A stretch of DNA of 63,351 bases, counting the filler, from Choristocarpus tenellus KU-1152 (Eukaryota; Protista; Phaeophyceae), in the NCBI GenBank assembly GCA_964200185.2. It is 7 parts of 7 records of this genome, joined end to end, with 100 filler letters (N's around TTAATTAATTAA, not from the genome) between each part and the next. Parts side by side here need not be neighbours in the genome. Positions count along the whole stretch, not along the records: positions 5,761 to 21,688 come from CAXNAD020000903.1; positions 21,789 to 33,826 come from CAXNAD020002015.1; 5 more parts are not named here. The stretch is one strand, 5' to 3'. The notes beneath the pieces were generated by a model. That model ran no database searches, was not told the origin of the DNA, and saw only the letters and a program-made list of their open reading frames with translations. Shown here one piece after another: positions 11,034 through 22,201 of this stretch. Within the stretch, counting starts at the first letter, position 1. Every line of letters starts with the position of its first letter. The position numbers and the translations under genes were made by a program.

Positions 11034-14000
11034 GTGGTGGCTATTCTGGTGTCCCACTGCCGCTCTCTCTATGCACTGAGGTCATGGGCAACGGCCTTCC
11101 ATGCATTGGTACTTGTTTGGATGGTAAGATGGTAAGATGGTGAGAGCACAATGGCAACACTTAGGGTTGGGGTTAGGGTTAGGGGGTGGTACTGCAGTGA
11201 CCACTGAAAAGCGGCGGTAATGACTATAACTGGTCCCATGGCCCTGACCCTAAAATTTGCCTTAGCAATGGTAATGATAATAGTGAGTTCATTTTGTTAG
11301 GGTTAGGGTTAGGGTTAGCAATGACAATGATAATAGTGAGTGCAATTTATTTCCAGCCTAACCCTAACCCTTCATGCCATGGCAGCGGTTGAGAGTATGC
11401 CCCTCTAGAAAGGGAGGGAGTTTCTGTGTCTGTGTTGATTTTAATATCGAATGAGGGTTAGGGATAGGGTTAAGGTTGAGGTAAGGTGAAGTGGAAAGGT
11501 GGGTACATGTCAGGAGGCACTGGATAGCTTCTGTTGGGTGGACATAAAAACTAATCTAATGCCATGTTCAAGCTTACCCTAACCCTAACACCTAAGAGCA
11601 TGATTGTGTTATAACTCTAACTCTATCCCTAGCCTTTATGATGTGATCCATTCTATAAGTACATTTTTTTTTATTTGTTTGCATTGTTCTCTGTGGCAGG
11701 TGCTGAGAGGTATGTTCTGGACGTTATCCATCTACTCCGTCCACCACTGGAGGGCTTCCACCTTCTACATACTCTATTGGCTTCCTAACCCATTGCAATT
11801 TGCCAACTTTTTGCTCCTGCCATTGTTCTATGGACAGGCAAGTTGTCACATTTCTGATGTACTTCCTACTACTAATATGAAATAATAGTATTGTTCTATG
11901 GACAGGCAAGTTGTCACATTTCTGATGTACTTCCTACTACTAATATGAAATAATAGTATTCTCTTTATCACTCTGAATAATACCATTCTCTTTATCACTC
12001 TACTAATATGAATAATACTATTCTCTTTATCAATCTGAATAATACCATTCTCTTTATCACTCTACTAATATGAATAATACTATTCTCTTTTATCACTATA
12101 CTAATGAATGGCACTGTAGTTTATCATCATGCTGTGCTGTTAGTACTGTCTCCTCCCACTTCAGCCCTATCTCTAAATAATCACCAGTTTCAGCCCTAAC
12201 CCTAAATAATCACCAGTTTCAGCCCTATCTCTAAATAATCACCTGTTTCAGCCCTAACCCTATCTCTCATAAGATACGCACATGTTCTTGTATTTTATAT
12301 TTTAATATGATGATGTAATAAGATGTGATCAGGATGTGATAGAGAGAGGTGGCATTAAAAAAATAATAATAATAAAAGGTGTAGACTGCGATTGCAATGT
12401 ACCTCTTGTAGTTGAGGAATATTGCAACATTGTTATTGCTAGCAATTCCTCGCTATGAATCGATTTTAACTAGGGTTAGGGTTAGGGTTAGGGTTTGCTC
12501 TATGGTGTGCTTAGAAATGTGCAGTCAATAGAATTCATTCTGTTTTTTTACTCTCCAAGAGGGTGTTAGGGTTAAGGTTAAACCATCCTTATTTCTGCTG
12601 TTGAACATGTTTGGGTTAGGGTTAGGGTACTCGGCATACTATATTTTAATAGATTAGTGTTTTTTTTCTTGTACTGTGTGGATGTGTTGCTTGTATCTTC
12701 CTCCCACGGATCAATCAGAATGATTTGAAGTGTAAGAGTGAGTGTGCAATGATTGGACACAGCTGGATGATCAAAACTAACCCTAACACCAATGGTGGTT
12801 TGGAATCATTGATTGGATTATGCTAATCTTACATAGAAATAACGATATCTGATTTGTCAAAGATTGTCCAATACTTTTGAAGATGAAAACTGAGACATGA
12901 CCTCATGGTACATTCTTGTCCATTCTTTATACTTTATTTATACTTTATTTGGAGTGATTTTTTTTTTACACGAGGGTTAGGTTAGGACTAACCCTAACCC
13001 TAAGCCTAAGCCTAGGTTTGGTGTACCTTTTTTTAGGGTTAGGGTCAGGAATGATGGCATCATGACCCTTACATGGTTGTCCACGGCAATGATGGGGGCT
13101 CTGGACTGTCCTTGGGTACAGGAGAGGTCAATCAACTTGTTAACTAGTATTGCTAATAGAAGAATATGAACTAATATCACTAATTGAAGATTATTTACTA
13201 ATATTTACTGATAGAAGAGTATTAATACACACTGATAGAAGAGTATTAATACACACTGATAGAAGAGTATTAATATACACTGATAGAAGAGTATTAATGC
13301 ACACTGATAGAAGAGTATTAATACACACTGATAGAAGAGTATTAATACACATTGATAGAAGAGTATTAAAACACACAAGTACCGGAATTCCACCAAGTAA
13401 GAAATTGGACACACCTTTAGAGGTAAAATGTTGTACATTTACCCCAGATGCCAGATGGAATAACAAACTCGAGATGGGTCACCAACAGGTTTGCTGCCAC
13501 TGATGGTATGGTCATACCCTAATCCTAACTCTAACCCTAACCCTAACCCTAACCCTAATCATTATTGCTGCAGTACAACATACCTGATTGCCTTTCTCCA
13601 ATATACATCTGTTTTGTGTACTATGTATATTGTACTTGATGTGTGTATATGGTGTTTTACATTGATGTGTAGTTGACATTATAGTGGTAGTACAATGGTA
13701 GTACTAGGGCTAGAACCTTAATGTTGAGCATTATTGTGAAGATTGACCACTACAATGCTATTGTACTTAGTATCATTAATAGTATTCATTTTGTGAATAT
13801 TCTGTGATAGTAGTATATGGTTGGTAGTATATGGTTGCCGATTTTGTACTACCTAGAAGAGTAACTAAGAAACACCTGATAAATATGGACAGATGCCACT
13901 TTTGGATTATTTGATAGTTAGAGATTTTGATGCAGTTTATTAAAATCGTTGTTCATTTTTTTTTTCTTTTTTCCTGGTGTTTATTTTGCACACTTGCTGT

Positions 14001-14131
14001 CTTTATCTATATTCTTTATCTGCTGTTTATCAATAATATCTGTAATGCCTTCCATAACCATTTAGGTACAACAATCAGATTTGGGTTAGGGTTATTGCGT
14101 TCCCTCCTAAAACAAGCAGACACACACACAC

Positions 14132-14185
<54 letters not shown>

Positions 14186-16999
14186 GAACACAGCCCTGGG
14201 ATGGAATGTTTGCGATATTTATGATGATATTGGTGTTAGAAATGATATGAATGTTAATGATATTGGTGTTAATAATGATATGAATATTAATGATATTCTG
14301 CTAAGAATGACATGGATGATAATGGTATGAATGCTGATGATGTAAATGTTATGTTTTTTTTTTTTCAGGTACTGTTGTCTCGAAGAAGTTGGCAACGCCT
14401 ATTGCCCTTCATACAACCAACCTACATTGTCATCACTGCTGCCCTCACGGCCTTCATGATCACTTGGTCCATACTCATGGCTGCTCAGGGACAAAAGCAG
14501 TACAAGGTTGTTAGCATGTAAAACAGTTACTGAACCGGACTACTTTTTGAGAGTTCCTCTCTTTGTATGAATCTATCTATCCCCTGCGTTTGATGTAACC
14601 CTAACCCTAAGCAAGAGAGAGGAAGAAGAAGTTCAACTCTGCTGATTAGGTTTTCACCTTTGTGTTTTGTACATTTCTTGGGGTTAGGGTTAGGGTTAGG
14701 GTTAGGGTTAGGTACATTTCTTTTTGTGAAGAACAGGGTTAGGGCTACTGAGGTAAAATGTTGTTTTTCAGATGATATTGAGTTGTCAAGGTTTACACCG
14801 ATTTTTCTGTTTTTGTGAATACCATTGTGGTAATTTTTGTAATTTTTCATAGTTGTAATAATATTGTGCCTCAAAGTGTTAATTTTAATCATACTAAAAG
14901 TTAATGGTAACCCTAACCTCTGTAACCCCCAAAGGTATTGACCTATAAAGGTGAAAGAATACCACAAAAGTAAATATGGAAGTAGTTGGATTATTTGTGA
15001 GCAATTCTACCTCATTTTTTTTTTGTGCAACCATGGCAGGAAATCAGTGGTGTGATGTTTTCAGTGCCATTTCAAGTCACTATGTGACTGTAATGAAGTA
15101 GTTCCGTGACAACTGGTATGGTTTTAGTCTATATAGACCCTAACCCTAACCCTAACCCTGTCCACATAGTTTGGAGTTAGTGCAAGGGTATCGCCCTAAC
15201 CCTAACCTCTACATTCCTGTAGTGGCACAACAAAGAACAAAAATATCAAGGTCCAATCTTGTCGCTTCATTTGGTAGAGTGTTTTACTTGGGGTGATTAG
15301 GGTTAGGGTTAGGGTTAGGGTTAGGGTTAGGATAATTGGACTGACAAGATCCGCTTTCTGTGCTTCATTTTTGATACTGATATTGTTGACCAACGCATCT
15401 GTTGTATAATCTGGGTGAATATCCAATTTGAAATAGGGCTATTTATGGGATTGTTGAGATAAATAATTTATCAGTTCTTTTTGTTTTGTTCTAGGGTTAG
15501 GGTTAGGGCTAGGTTGGAAGTGAGATTAGACTATAGTGTCTACACCGTACATATTTCCTTTTTTAAACACACATAATACTTCTTGTAATTTTCATTGCAA
15601 TATAGGGTTAGGGTTAGGGAAGCAACAGCGAGTTGAACACATGAAACTATTAATACCTATTAAAGTACAGTATTAATTTATCTGTTTTAAGAAAGAGTCT
15701 ACCTTAAGATGGTACCATTCTGGAATTTTTGTATAGATAAGAGCTGCAAGCAGTGTTGGAGTGGAGTGTGAAGCTGCCCATGTGCTTGACCATTTGCCTT
15801 CTATTCATTTCCTGTTTTTGATTGAAATTGATTGCATGATGAGAAAAGACCTGCATTATCAGGTAGTATAAATACATAAGACATAAATGTATGTATCTGT
15901 AATTATGTATGTGTATCTAGTATACATACATAAGACATACATGTATATATATGTACATATGTATGTGTATCTAGAGAGATATGCGTGCTTTTGTACCAAC
16001 CATATGCACTATTTCAATAGTCAGATTTGAAGATTTGGGGAGGTTTTGTCTGAGTATTCCATTGGTCCAAACTCAATCTGTTTAGTTCAGGACTGGCTTG
16101 TGGTTGTGGAGCAAGTATGAGAGGATTGGATCAGTCCGATGTCCTACTGATATGGAATGATATGGTAGGCTTGGGTAGGATATGATTTAAGGTGGTATGA
16201 TTCGATATGTTTTGATACGATATGATATGATCTGATAAAATACAATGGAATGCGACGTGATGTGATATATATATATATATATGGTATGGTTTGGTATGGT
16301 ATGGTCTGATCTAACGAGGGACAATACAATAGAATGCGATATGATAAGATATGATATGATCTGATACGATCTGATAAAATACAATAGAATGCGATATGAT
16401 AAGATATGATATGATATGATACAGTGCATTATTATCTGAAATGGTGTGATATTGGATGATCGGATGATATGCAACCTTTTTAATGTAGAACTCTGCATTA
16501 CACCAGTTTTGATTTCTACATTCAGGTTAGAAGTGTCTACATCAACAAAGTGTTGACAGCTTCTCACGTTCACCATCATAGGCTATTGTATTGCTATTGC
16601 CATGCTAGCCGAACCTTGGATCACCTGTATCTTCTAACTATTACTGTGAATGATCCCATTCCTAATCTCTTCACCCTTAATCTGATCTGATCTGTGCTCT
16701 CTTTCATTCTCTTCTCTATCATAGTTCACAACATGTACTCCCACTATCCTGCTACATTCTTACTCTGAGACTCATGGGTTGTTGCTATTATCATTGCCAT
16801 TTTTTGGTATCACAGTGTGTATCTGCAGAGCCAAGGTCTAACATGGCTAGTGAGGATGGTGAGGTTGTTGAAGGTGATACCCATGTTCACAAGTGCTACC
16901 GAATGGAGTTCAACAGCAATGCTTTGCGTTTGCTGTGTGGTCTATGCTTCTTTTCACTCTCCATATTTGTGGCTGCTTTTGGGGTGCAGGTGACCAATG

Positions 17000-17030
<31 letters not shown>

Positions 17031-19985
17031 TACGACTAATTATAATAGTGATAATAGTAATAGTAATAGTAATAATAACATTGATAATACTTACAGTAGT
17101 ACAAAAATAGTAGTAATAATAGTGGTAATAGTAATAATTATATTGATATTACTTACAGTAGTACAATAATAGTAGTAGTAATAGTGATAAGAATATTATT
17201 TTATTGGTATTTGTTGCAGTCACCGTGTAGGTGTTAGGGTTAGAATGTACAAAACTGTTATAAAACTGTTGAATCAACTTCGCCAATGACCTTCATACGT
17301 CTGTTATATTATTATTATGTTCATAAGAGATAAATTTAATCATTATGCCATTCCCTGTCACCTGCAGTTGTATTGTATTAAAAAAAGTATTTCTCCCTTG
17401 TCAATATTGTGCGTATCTACTCCTCCATCTTTATCTTGATGTATCTTGATGTATCTTGATGTATCTTGATGTATCTTGATGCATGCTTTTGTTTTTGTGG
17501 TAGTTGAATAAAAAAAACAACTAGTGCCCACGTTTGATGAATAATAGTAAAAAATTAGTGTGTAAGGTTGAATAATAATAATAAAAAGGCCATTTTGGGC
17601 CTCTTTGTTGAACAGTGAATGGCTCAGTGTGCATTCTTTCTATTTTGTAATTTCCTTTTCACTTCAACTACTGTATTGACATTTTCTGACCCTGTCTGTT
17701 GTATTGACATTTTCTGACCCTGTCTGTTGTATTGACATTATCTGATCCAGTCTGCTTTATTGACATTTTCTGATCCTGTCTACTGTATTGACATTTTCTG
17801 ACCCTGTCTGTTGTATTGACATTATCTGATCCTGTCTGCTTTATTGACATTTTCTGATCCTGTCTGCTGTATTGACATTATCTGACCCTGTGTACCACAA
17901 TGGCCAATGGTTCCTCAAGGATCTCTCCCTGAATGTAGCATTATTCAAGATTTATTGTAGTACTTGAATACTCAGTCCTATTGCATAACTTGAACAGATA
18001 GTTCGGTTCATGTTAACAGAGTAGTACTAGTTTAAGTTAGGGTTTCATACTTTAAAATGATAGATTTAGTTGTTATTTGTAGCTTGAATTTTAGTATTTT
18101 GAGGATTAATTTTATTGATGGTCCATAATATAAATGACAGTTATGTCAATAGTTCTAACCCTAACCCTAACCCTAAACAAGAGCTTCTCGCTGTTGTAAC
18201 TTACTTCAGCCATGAGTGCATCATTTTCAACATTGTTTTCGACACTATTAATACAAATATCATTTTTTTTTTCTTGCATTTTTTCACAATGTTTTCAACA
18301 CTCTTACAGCACCTTCACTTGCAACATTCAGTGTATTATGATTACATAAGATTCTACCAAAGATTCTACCTAAGAACCACTAAAGAAATGAAGGTATAAG
18401 AGTAGTCAGTAGTGATAGGTCTAACCCTAACCCTAACCCTAGTAGTAACGTACTTCGCTGCCATTTGTTTGGAACTAACCCTAACCCTAACCCTAACCCT
18501 TACCCTCACCCCGTAGTAACTGTTGGGAGAATCATAACCCTATCCTACTATATGTGTTACAGTATTGAGTGTTATTTGAGTGTTATCCCAACACCAAACT
18601 GTGTTGACATTATTATCTATAGGTACATGTATGTATTAGTCTCTCTACTCACTCGTCTAACACCTACCATTGGTAGATGGCCAAGTTGGAGGCATGGCAG
18701 CAGAGGCGTTTCCTCATCTATCAGCCAAAAGCTCTATCTGGTGTTAACTGCATCCTGTTTGCTGTCTTCTTCTCCAAGGTGTGATAGGGTTAGGACTAAG
18801 GTTAGGGTATGAGTTATATTTTATTTTGGTAGGTTAGAAGTGCCAACACTTACTACCTGTGATGCTGTTCTACTGTATGTATGCATTATTTATTGTTAGT
18901 GTATAGTAGGGATAGGGTTAGGGTTATAGAAGAAGATTAGGTGTGGACATACTGTTATCTGAGAGCACCCTCCATGTTATGTTGTAATTTATTGTGTTGT
19001 GTTGCAATGTATTGTGTTATATTGAATGTATTGTGTTGCAATGTATTGTGTTATAATGTATGTATTGTGTTGTATTGTGTTGCAATGTATTGTGTTATAA
19101 TGTATATATTGTGTTGTATTGTGTCACAATCCATTGTGTTATAATGTACTGTGTTGTATTGTATTGTGTCACAATGTAATGTGGTCACTAACAACGGGAT
19201 CCGAGGTGGAGGGAAAGGAAGGGTTAGGGTTAGGGTCTTGAATGCTTTTTTACAGATAACATTGTTAAGATGAGTAATCACAGTATGCTTTTGTGCCCAA
19301 TGCTGTGGTGAATTTTTCAAGGACTCCCTAATCCTAGAACATCATAATATTTGCACTGTATTAGTAAAGTGGTACATTACAAAGCGACCATATTGTGTGC
19401 TATTGGTTGTTTGCTATTGATTTATTAATCTGGTGATTGTGATCACATTTAATCCTCTGAGAAAGGTTTTTTGTAGCGGAAGGGGACGTGCTGATGTGGA
19501 ATCTGGTTAGGGTTAGGGTTAGGGTTAGTGTTGTTCGATGGAGCAGGAGAATTTCTTATTCACACAGTTGGGTCCTTTGCTTGGTCATTTGCTTGGTCCT
19601 TTGCTTGAGTGATTTCTGATGGAGCAGGAGAATTTCAAATTGGTTAAGGTGATTGATTTTATATTAGTAGTTAGGTGTGCATGTACCAATGTGCTTAGAA
19701 GACCATCTTGTTTATTATTATTATTATTATTATTTTATTTTTGTTGTGAACTCAAGTCTTACCATGCTAACCCTAATCCTAAGATATTTCCTTTGGTCCT
19801 AAACCAAACAAGTAACAGCAAACATTTTCTCAAGTGTAAGTAAGAATGTACGATTGATTCTTCTTTTTCTGTGTGTGTTGAATGACATGTGTGTGTTGAA
19901 TGACGTGTGTTTGTGTCTTGGTCAGGGAGCATATCAGGTGTCCTCTGTGCTGCAGCTGTGGCATCTTCCAGATATACCTCTACAG
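11034..19985 (+). CDS. GPR137/TM7SF1 (TOM1/THH1-like) multi-pass membrane protein, partial; exons 11034-11123, 11700-11837, 14369-14506, 16816-16989, 18677-18778, 19926-19985
   Basis: Six phase-0 exons with AG acceptors and GT donors (one GC) join into an open hydrophobic frame: VVAILVSHCRSLYALRSWATAFHALVLVWM-VLRGMFW..FYILYWLPNPLQFANFLLLPLFYGQ-VLLSRRSW..-..RLLCGLCFFSLSIFVAAFG..-..VNCILFAVFFSK-GAYQ. The LY.lP..LQF..f.L..l.y.QV pattern is characteristic of GPR137-family TM3. First and last exons not identified. Confidence 0.75.
11822..11960. repeat. 68-bp tandem duplication spanning the exon-2 donor site
   Basis: ATTGTTCTATGGACAGGCAAGTTGTCACATTTCTGATGTACTTCCTACTACTAATATGAAATAATAGT occurs twice in tandem. 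Confidence 0.95.
11957..12105. repeat. Minisatellite with ATTCTCTTTATCACTCT core
   Basis: Five alternating long/short units. Confidence 0.85.
12160..12270. repeat. 29-bp minisatellite (TCAGCCCTATCTCTAAATAATCACCAGTT) x3.5 with telomeric variants
   Basis: Direct reading of units. Confidence 0.9.
13207..13375. repeat. 24-bp minisatellite (ACTGATAGAAGAGTATTAATACAC) x7
   Basis: Direct reading; source of the spurious TDRRVLIH ORFs. Confidence 0.95.
14120..14182. repeat. (CA)n microsatellite
   Basis: About 30 CA units. Confidence 0.98.
16147..16440. repeat. Degenerate pentamer satellite (GATAT/GATCT/GGTAT)
   Basis: Direct reading. Confidence 0.85.
17001..17190. repeat. (ACT)n/(AAT,AGT)n trinucleotide tract
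   Basis: Direct reading, immediately after the exon-4 donor. Confidence 0.9.
17433..17480. repeat. 10-bp repeat (ATCTTGATGT) x5
   Basis: Direct reading. Confidence 0.9.
17671..17892. repeat. 28-bp minisatellite (TGTATTGACATTTTCTGACCCTGTCTGT) x8
   Basis: Direct reading. Confidence 0.95.
18973..19180. repeat. Degenerate TTGTG/ATGTA satellite
   Basis: Direct reading. Confidence 0.85.
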
Positions 19986-21189
19986 GTAAGACATTCTGAT
20001 CTTGATATATTGATATATGATACGACTTAACCCTGACTCCCATGTGAAACTGATTTGTAGTCTTTTGTAATAATGTTTGTACTCAGAAGACAATGGAGTG
20101 TTGGAGTGTAGCAATGCCCCATATCCATTTTTTGATTGATTTGCCCTTCAGATATCAGATATCTGATGTCATATATATCTTATATATCATATCAAGTGGT
20201 TGCAATTTTGTCCGAAATTACCCCACTCTCATTAGAAATGTGTGTCATCAGTGTCACTTTGTTGAAACAGCCCCTCAATATTCAGTTTTGATGTGTATTG
20301 ACAAAAATCGATAGTAACAAATATTGAGTCTGAGGTAAGGGTTAGGGATATTTCTATTAGTAGGGCTTCAACTGTGCTTTCAATAGTATTTCTTGACCGG
20401 TTTATTCCTGAAAGTCTTGCACTTGGATAGATCATATGCAACTGTTGGGAGGAGATGAGGTGAGGTGAGGTGAGATGAGCATCAGGATTAATATTAGTAA
20501 TCACAATATTGTTATCAACACCAATAGTTCTCCAAGGAGTTGCTATTATGGTACTCCAATAGATGTGATGAATGATACATGTCATATTTTGTTTCCATTT
20601 GTTGTTAGAAGAGGAATGTTGCTAAAAGGGGGATGTAGTTAGAAGAGGAATGTTGTTTTCACCTCTCATCGGGCAACAAATGTCTGATATCAAGTGGTAC
20701 CTCTGTCCACATGCATAGGGTCCATAACTCTGTCAGCATGAACAGAATACACATAGGTGTTTGAGCCTGTTGGGGTGTGCATAGTAATTGATCATTGGGT
20801 TTCACACTTCCTCCAAAGTCTTGAGACCATGCCATAGGATTAACATGGAAGTCTTGTAGCATTATGTATCCCAGATATTAGTGTTAGGATTGGTTACATG
20901 TTAGGGTTAGGGTTAGGGTTAGGGTTAGGGTTAGGGTTAGCAGCGATATTATTGTGAGTCGAGCCACTTCTTTGACCAACCTAACCTGCTTGAGCTTTCT
21001 ATGAAGCATGACTTTGGGGATGCCCAACTGTGTTGACCATGCACACAGCATTAGCAGTTCCTGATTGATTTGTTTATCTGTTGATTGATTTATTGTTTGA
21101 CTTATTGCCCGATCCCTTTGTGACAGCTGTTCCCCTTCATAGCAAGTTGAGGGCAGGATCGTCCCTTCTCTATTGATCACGAATGATCT

Positions 21190-21526
21190 GGACCTTTTGG
21201 TACCTCTCTTGGTACCTCTTTTTGTACCTCTTTTTGTACCTCTTTTGGTACCTGTAGCCTGCTTACTCTTGACTTACTCTTGACTTACTCTTGACTTACT
21301 CTTGACTTACTCTTGACTTACTCTTGACTTACTCTTGACTTACCCTTGTCCAAGAGATGTGGACCAACAACTTCTCTCAAGTCTCCTTTGACCAGAATGC
21401 TATTTTGACTGTCTGCAAAGATTGGAAATCGCAGTACAGTCCTTTTATCGCAGTACAGTCCTTTTATCGTAGTACAGTCCTTTTATCGCAGTACAGTCCT
21501 TTTATCGCAGTACAGTCCTTTTATCT
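21190..21526. repeat. Cluster of short tandem repeats: ~13-mer (GTACCTCTTTTT), 11-mer (CTTGACTTACT) x7, 19-mer (ATCGCAGTACAGTCCTTTT) x5
   Basis: Direct reading. Confidence 0.9.
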
Positions 21527-21688
21527 GAATCAGTACAATCCACTAGGTGATTCCCGCTTGCTATAGAGGTGGTTGACAAGAAGGTTAAGAAACGATCTTA
21601 GAGGTGGTTGGGAGGCCTTTGAAGGGATCTTTCAAATCTTGAGGTCCGTTTCCTCCCTTTTCAAAAAAAAAAAAAGAGGCGCTTAAAT

Positions 21689-21788
21689 NNNNNNNNNNNN
21701 NNNNNNNNNNNNNNNNNNNNNNNNNNNNNNNNTTAATTAATTAANNNNNNNNNNNNNNNNNNNNNNNNNNNNNNNNNNNNNNNNNNNN
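21689..21788. other. Artificial contig linker
   Basis: N/TTAATTAATTAA/N. Confidence 0.98.
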
Positions 21789-22201
21789 CCCCCCCAAGAT
21801 ATTTTTACCCCCAAGTTATATACGATCACGAGTTCAGTCTCGTCAAGGCCGGTGAAGGGGCCGCTTCTCTTATTTTTGGGGATGAATGCTACTTCCATGG
21901 GCCCACACAGGTAAAAATCGGTGATCGTGGAGGGAAGCCAGGCAATACGTTGCGTCCAAAGAATGTGAAGCGCTCCAGGCGCAGAAGGCTATCTTCTTGA
22001 GCCTCGTGAAGCCCGAGCCTTGGAACGCCAGGTACTCCACGCGCCTAAATCTATGGCACCTTCTTGTCGAGGCATACCCTCAGTTCACAGAGTGGTCGGA
22101 GAAGGGTGACGAATGCAATCTTGAGTCCGCCCAGCAATTGAATTAGGGCTTCGGTCGTTCCAGTTTTGTGTTGAAGTAAGGGTAGAGTTGCAGGCTGTGC
22201 A

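Larger units (their letters stand above)
10203..20940. repeat. Domain of ~35 short interstitial (TTAGGG)n/(CCCTAA)n tracts in both orientations
   Basis: Examples at 10203-10257, 10307-10333, 10936, 11161, 11297, 12472, 12613, 12975-13050, 13517-13558, 14682-14712, 15138, 15297-15330, 15492, 18154, 18421, 18475, 19220, 19507, 20901-20940. Mostly 2-6 units; counted by eye. Confidence 0.95.

Noticed and set aside
11208-11242. GCGGCGGTAATGACTATAACTGGTCC resembles the LSU rRNA I-CeuI site region
   Set aside because: Short gapped match with no flanking rRNA homology; probably chance
13150-13503. ORFs with TDRRVLIH, PNPNPN, LTLTLT, HTHTHT or LGLGLG repeats across 10200-21600
   Set aside because: They are translations of minisatellites and telomeric tracts inside introns
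20901-21688. True chromosome end
   Set aside because: The longest tract is only ~6.5 units, non-telomeric sequence follows, and the contig does not end in telomere repeat
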